From NCBI GenBank assembly GCA_965205975.1, contig OZ242195.1:2432001-2496000 (forward strand): 64,000 nt of DNA, in the 5' to 3' direction. Position numbers and translations under genes: made by a program. This document shows, piece after piece, positions 59,193 to 64,000 of this stretch. Under the pieces are notes generated by a model. That model had not been told where the DNA came from. It saw only the letters and a list, made by a program, of their open reading frames with translations, and searched no databases. This DNA comes from Candidatus Latescibacterota bacterium (GTDB taxonomy: Bacteria > Latescibacterota > UBA2968). Positions within the stretch are counted from its first letter, which is position 1. Each line of letters begins with the position of its first letter.

Positions 59193-59543
59193 TCAGGAAC
59201 CTCCACCTCCATTTCCGTCGTCTCCGTCGTCTCCACAATTTGATACACACCTTGCTGTACCATCGGCTTTAAAACATATTCCCCATATGGTGTATCCGAA
59301 ACTCCAATTCCCTGTTGTTTCGAGATAATCCTTGTTTTTTGAGGAACATTTGTTTCTTCCCTCAGTGTCCAACGCACTCATAGCGGCCCCGGGAGTAGCA
59401 TAATCGCAGGGCACAGAGACAGAATAATAATGTATCGTGCATGCCATAGCACTACTGGGAAGTAGCCAAGGCACCATCATACCAGCCGAACACACAATCC
59501 TACCGATTTTCGACATATTATTGGACAACCAATTTGCAATCAT
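59193..59543 (-). CDS. Small exported Cys-patterned protein B (116 aa)
   Basis: SD GAGGAGG; 34-aa leader ending AMA; mature part with 6 Cys and a Gly/Asp tail. Confidence 0.85.
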   Translation of the reverse strand: MIANWLSNNMSKIGRIVCSAGMMVPWLLPSSAMACTIHYYSVSVPCDYATPGAAMSALDTEGRNKCSSKNKDYLETTGNWSFGYTIWGICFKADGTARCVSNCGDDGDDGNGGGGS

Positions 59544-59716
59544 TGTGTACCCTCCTCAAAGATAATTAAAACGAAACTACTGGACAATCTACAAATTTCT
59601 TCGGTTTGGGCATTAATGCCCTTAATCATTAAATATCACCTCCTCTCCTATTGTAATTCAACAACAGGTAAAACGCGCCCTTTCTTTATATCGACAAGAA
59701 AATCCGACTGATTCTA

Positions 59717-61957
59717 CTACCGACCACATCCGGGGCTTACTGCTTCGGATGAGTGAGTCAAACCTCCTTTTTGTTTATCCGTTACAAACCACTCAAATTC
59801 CTCATATTCCCAAACATCCGTCAGCTTGCCGTTAATATAAAATGTAGGCGTTCCACGGACGTTTAGAATGGATGCCTGTTTTATATCTTTTTTTATTTTT
59901 GAAGCATATTTACCCGTGTCCAAACAGCGGTTGAATTGTATAGAATCAAGTCCCAATTCAGTAGCATAGTGCTTCAGATGGCCTGACTCTAATACATCTT
60001 GTTTGGCGTATAAAATATCGTGATATTCCCAGAATTTTCCCTGTTCACGAGCGCATTCAGATGCTTCATGAGCTTTTGGGGCATTCTTGTGAAACGGCAA
60101 GGGAAAATGTCTGAATACGAGACGTACTGTTTCAGAATAATTTGCCAATAATCTATTCAATACTCGTCCAGCTTGAGCAGAATAAGGGCACTGAAAATCA
60201 CTGAAGACCACAATTGTGAAAGGCGCGTTTGGTGCGCCGATAGATGGCAAGCCTTCATTGCTCAGGTTGTAAATGGGTATCTCCGGAGGATCGAAGTAGA
60301 TCTCTATTTCCGCTTCATCAACCAATTCGTGAATGAACTGTTCCCTTTCATTCTCAAATTTTTTGTTCCGAGCAATGCGTTCTGCGACTGGCCAAAGGCG
60401 TTCTCTAAATGTTTTTCCTTCTATTGGATCAATTTTCATCATACGCAGGATTTCATTTTCCCGGATTTCATCGGGCAACAAAGCCAATCTTGGGTTCTTA
60501 AGCATCGTGCTATGAAGTATATTGAATTGTTCTTCGACTTGCACATCTGATGGCGTAGCATCAATGTTTCGCAAGAATAAGTCAATACTGGTGCCTGCGT
60601 TCTTAGCTGCCTCTTGTAGAACAACAGGTTTGAAAATCTCTCGAATTTGTTCAACCTTCAGATCATAAATTTGCTTTGCTTCAGAGTAGAAATAATCGTC
60701 GTCAAAATCATCTTCCGTTATCATACCACCCTTAAATTTCGCGTAGATTCGTTTACCGCTATTATCTCTAACTATCTGTCTTGATTGCTGGTCACCTTGC
60801 AGTTCTAAAGTTACGCGCCTTGAAAGTTCGGAAAAATGATCCCTGCTTCTCAATTTTATCGGTCTGGAGTTTACAAAAAGAGACGGTGTGCTATGAACGC
60901 CCAGTCTATGGCCTTCTCTTATGTCTTGATGAACCCTATCTGCAAATTTGCCTGAATCGAGGTCATGTCTAAATTTCTCCAGATCGAGGTCTAATTTCTG
61001 TGCATACGCGATCAAGTCTTCTTTTTCGAGTTTATCAAAATTTTCAAATAATAAATTGCGATATTCCCAGAACTTTCCCTGCGCTCGGGCGCATTCAGCA
61101 GCTTCATGTGCTTTTGGGGCCTGACGATGAACGGGAAGGGGGAAGTGTCGAAAAACAACCTTGAGCTTATTATCAAATACGGCCAATAGCTGATTTATAA
61201 TCGGCGAAAGTTGACTACAATAAGCGCATTCAAAATCGCTAAATTCTACAATCGTAACAGGTGCGTCCGGCACCCCTTGCATTGGAAATCCTTCAATAGA
61301 AATATCATATACTGGAGGATTGGGTTCTTCAAGATAGGTTTCTACACGAAATTGATTGTGTAATTTCATCATATATTCTTGCTCTGCTTTCATTTGGTTT
61401 TGATTTGCCAGTTGGTCTCGAATGACGTTCTTCAACTGCTCCCCAAAATCTTGTTGTGGGTCTAAATCAATACGCATAACATCGAATATCTTTCTCCAGC
61501 GAGAGTCTCTATCAAGATTCCTAAATTCAGGTTGCCGATTGATAGTATCAAATATGTTCCTCATCTCTTCGTCTATCTCAGAATCTTTGACAGTGGGAAC
61601 ATCAACTTCAGATTCGAAAATCTTGCTCGCAGGAATACCCAATTCTTTGGCTTTGTGGGCTAATAATTTTTCTCCAACAATTGCATTTAGCCGATCCAAT
61701 TTCAATTCATACAGTTTTTGCTGAGCAGGATAAATTTTGGTATGGTCAAGATCATGTTCATAAATTAACCTACCATTGTATTTCGCAATCACTGTATCAG
61801 ATTTTACTTGATGCCCATAAACGAAACCGCATGGCAAGTGGAACAGAAAAGACGCCAAAATTGAGGGAAAAAAGAGCCTATAACTCCAAACAGGACATTG
61901 GTATATTCTCTTGAGCATAATAGAGATTGCGTATTTTGAGGCCATACATAAACTCAT
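59717..61957 (-). CDS. Tandem-duplicated DsbA/thioredoxin-fold protein (two helical + DsbA modules)
   Basis: EFSDFECAYC...RHFPL...HSTP and VFSDFQCPYS...RHFPL...RGTP; hydrophobic N-terminal segment. Start uncertain. Confidence 0.88.
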   Translation of the reverse strand: MSLCMASKYAISIMLKRIYQCPVWSYRLFFPSILASFLFHLPCGFVYGHQVKSDTVIAKYNGRLIYEHDLDHTKIYPAQQKLYELKLDRLNAIVGEKLLAHKAKELGIPASKIFESEVDVPTVKDSEIDEEMRNIFDTINRQPEFRNLDRDSRWRKIFDVMRIDLDPQQDFGEQLKNVIRDQLANQNQMKAEQEYMMKLHNQFRVETYLEEPNPPVYDISIEGFPMQGVPDAPVTIVEFSDFECAYCSQLSPIINQLLAVFDNKLKVVFRHFPLPVHRQAPKAHEAAECARAQGKFWEYRNLLFENFDKLEKEDLIAYAQKLDLDLEKFRHDLDSGKFADRVHQDIREGHRLGVHSTPSLFVNSRPIKLRSRDHFSELSRRVTLELQGDQQSRQIVRDNSGKRIYAKFKGGMITEDDFDDDYFYSEAKQIYDLKVEQIREIFKPVVLQEAAKNAGTSIDLFLRNIDATPSDVQVEEQFNILHSTMLKNPRLALLPDEIRENEILRMMKIDPIEGKTFRERLWPVAERIARNKKFENEREQFIHELVDEAEIEIYFDPPEIPIYNLSNEGLPSIGAPNAPFTIVVFSDFQCPYSAQAGRVLNRLLANYSETVRLVFRHFPLPFHKNAPKAHEASECAREQGKFWEYHDILYAKQDVLESGHLKHYATELGLDSIQFNRCLDTGKYASKIKKDIKQASILNVRGTPTFYINGKLTDVWEYEEFEWFVTDKQKGGLTHSSEAVSPGCGR

Positions 61958-62013
61958 TTCTTTTCTTTGAAGAATAGGACCATATTCCAGCGAGGATCCG
62001 GGTTGGAACCGCG

Positions 62014-64000
62014 TTATATTTTAAATCGGGACCCTACTCTGATCTTTTTTTTGCCGAATGACAAAACATCTGCGCTATTTGAATAGATGTGTTCAATTCG
62101 TTCATTCTCATTGATCATTAAAACCGTCATTTCTATCGAATCCTGGAAAGGCGGTTTCTGAATTTGGAATGCTACAGCTTGACCACTCTGGAATTCAAGC
62201 AAACCTGAAGAACAATTCTTAGCATCCATTGAAAAACCTAATTCCCTAACGACTAATAGTTTATCTTCATTTTCCTGGGGCATTAAAACGTAGGAAATCA
62301 CAACGCAGCCTTTTGCATTTAAGCTGAAAATCGCTGTCGGAATGGGACGAATTTTAGCACCGCCATCGTAAAACTCCCAACCTTGTATTTGAGGCTCTTT
62401 TTGGCCTTTTACGATACGAACATCCACCGTGTGTTTTGTAATGGGATAAATACCAAAATGACGCCCAGTATTATTTTGTGTATAGATCCCCCCATGGCGA
62501 TCCACCTGTGTTGCATATTCTGCGTTGAAATGAAAGAGTGATTCATAAGTATGGGTAAGACTATCTGTTGGTTCAAGAATATCCGTCATGATCCAAAAAC
62601 GACTTTTTAAAAAGAAAATCGAGCGCGTATGTAAAACGTTTATTCTCTCTTTACCAAATCCTTCATTATAGCTTGCATATACAAAATCGAAATCGTCATT
62701 CGTTATCCAACCAGCGCGAACCTTTTTGAGATTATACGCCTGGGATTTTGGTAATTTTTGCCCTTGCCCATCTACAATTACCACGTTATGAGCTTGCGAA
62801 GAACGTGCGTAAGCCTGCCAACTTGATGTCAGATCGCGCGTATAGTATCCAGGGTCTATAATGTGTAGCTGTCCATGTGAATACACGATAATACTCAGTT
62901 TATCTTCATGCCCATTTTGACCAATTGGGCCAGCATCAAACAAAAGATACGAATCTTGCCCTTCTACAGAAGACCGCATGACATATTGCCCAGCATAGGG
63001 AAACGCTTTTGATTGTCTATCCGGTATGATCCCTTTTTTTCCTTTTGTTGCAACCCATTGGAAATCTTGACGTTTCGGAAAGAGTAAAGCACCTTGTTGA
63101 ATTAAGGGAAAAATATCCGCATATACGCCATTATTTAGCGCAGGCATTATTCCATCCGGCAGCGATACATACAACCTGTAACTAAAGATCTGTTGTAAAC
63201 CTGCCATGAAGTCGATTGGGAATTTTTCCCCATTCCGAATCCCAAGATCAATAGAAGACAAAAGAGGTTTAAACGAGCTATCCGAGCTGGATATATCTGG
63301 TAATGCCCCATCCGGATAGACCAGATTACTAAAAAGCCTCATCATCCTATCCAGAGCCAAAAGGCGCAATTTTTCAGAGTCCTTCAATTCTGGAAATAAC
63401 ACACCGGTATAATAAATACCACAGCTTTCCTTTAATCGCCATTTGCTATCTTCCCGCGAAAATTTAATGAGATGATGGACTTGCTCCATCATACTACACA
63501 ACATTGTGCAAATAGCAGCAGAATCAAATAAAGGTGATTTTAGGAAGGAGTAAAAAGCCCAGGGCCATGAATATGTCAGTCTATGAGCACATTCAAGCGT
63601 GCGCCAATGATTTGTAATGCCACTACCCATTTCAGCATTTTCATTCCAGGCTTTGCCATTGCCTTCTAAGGGACTGAGTATCTTTTCACACCAATCCTTC
63701 ATCTGTCCAACAAAAGATTTAACATATCGCTCGTTACCGGTTTTTGAGAACGCTTTTCCAAGCACTACCCAGGATTCATGTCTTGCCAACTGCCACGTTG
63801 TTTCTTTTAGATGATTTCCCGTAAATTCCCAATCTATACTCTCCTTAAAGTTGTATGTAGTGTCCAAAATCGTAAATTTGTTTTTGCAAATTCTATCGGC
63901 TTCTCTAAGAACAAAGTCTTCACTGGCCCCCTCTGGTTCAATTTCCATATCGGAAAACCACCTGGGGACTGTACGGGTTCTTAAATGCAAAGCGAGAGCA
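62014..64000 (-). CDS. Heparinase II/III-like protein, 5'-truncated by window edge, with degenerate catalytic motifs
   Basis: WQLARH, WRTLEC, AGQYVMRS, FDAGP...HED, IDPGYY, AHNVVIVDG. Confidence 0.8.
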   Translation of the reverse strand, partial: ALALHLRTRTVPRWFSDMEIEPEGASEDFVLREADRICKNKFTILDTTYNFKESIDWEFTGNHLKETTWQLARHESWVVLGKAFSKTGNERYVKSFVGQMKDWCEKILSPLEGNGKAWNENAEMGSGITNHWRTLECAHRLTYSWPWAFYSFLKSPLFDSAAICTMLCSMMEQVHHLIKFSREDSKWRLKESCGIYYTGVLFPELKDSEKLRLLALDRMMRLFSNLVYPDGALPDISSSDSSFKPLLSSIDLGIRNGEKFPIDFMAGLQQIFSYRLYVSLPDGIMPALNNGVYADIFPLIQQGALLFPKRQDFQWVATKGKKGIIPDRQSKAFPYAGQYVMRSSVEGQDSYLLFDAGPIGQNGHEDKLSIIVYSHGQLHIIDPGYYTRDLTSSWQAYARSSQAHNVVIVDGQGQKLPKSQAYNLKKVRAGWITNDDFDFVYASYNEGFGKERINVLHTRSIFFLKSRFWIMTDILEPTDSLTHTYESLFHFNAEYATQVDRHGGIYTQNNTGRHFGIYPITKHTVDVRIVKGQKEPQIQGWEFYDGGAKIRPIPTAIFSLNAKGCVVISYVLMPQENEDKLLVVRELGFSMDAKNCSSGLLEFQSGQAVAFQIQKPPFQDSIEMTVLMINENERIEHIYSNSADVLSFGKKKIRVGSRFKI

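Noticed and set aside
59111..59377. 88-aa alternative-frame ORF overlapping small protein B
   Set aside because: No SD, no counterpart ORF in the duplicated cassette, and TETTET arises from the 9-bp repeat encoding GDDGDD.
56815..59543. Classical RiPP cluster (lanthipeptide, sactipeptide, double-glycine bacteriocin)
   Set aside because: No LanB/C/M, radical SAM, YcaO or C39 peptidase gene in the window; leaders end in A-x-A rather than GG. Genes beyond the window edge cannot be excluded.

Overview
Bacterial chromosomal window from a heterotroph rich in sulfatases, heparinase II/III-type lyases and sugar-acid enzymes. The PorV-like barrel and gene style suggest an FCB-associated or candidate lineage such as Latescibacterota; this is inference only. 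Housekeeping genes (3' part of ftsZ, pcm, eda, kdgK, fmt, yajC, tgt, polA, frdABCD) are interrupted by accessory blocks. (1) About 5.7-12.8 kb is a probable defence island: a repeat coiled-coil membrane protein, a TerB-fused dynamin-like GTPase, a second dynamin-like GTPase and a type II R-M pair. (2) About 32.1-34.7 kb holds a methyltransferase-like gene, an AlkB gene and a PIN toxin-antitoxin pair. (3) About 38.7-39.9 kb is an internally deleted trpS paralog preceded by two tandem Trp-codon leader-peptide attenuators that the ORF track misses. (4) About 50.8-64 kb is an export locus (ABC ATPase, NEW3-domain protein, TolC) next to an AT-rich, tandemly duplicated cassette of a small Cys-patterned secreted protein plus its own ABC-2 permease, with a double-DsbA protein and a degenerate heparinase-like gene upstream. 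Block 4 is the best candidate for an undescribed system, followed by block 3. No rRNA, tRNA, CRISPR array or transposase was recognised. All family calls come from motif reading without database searches.
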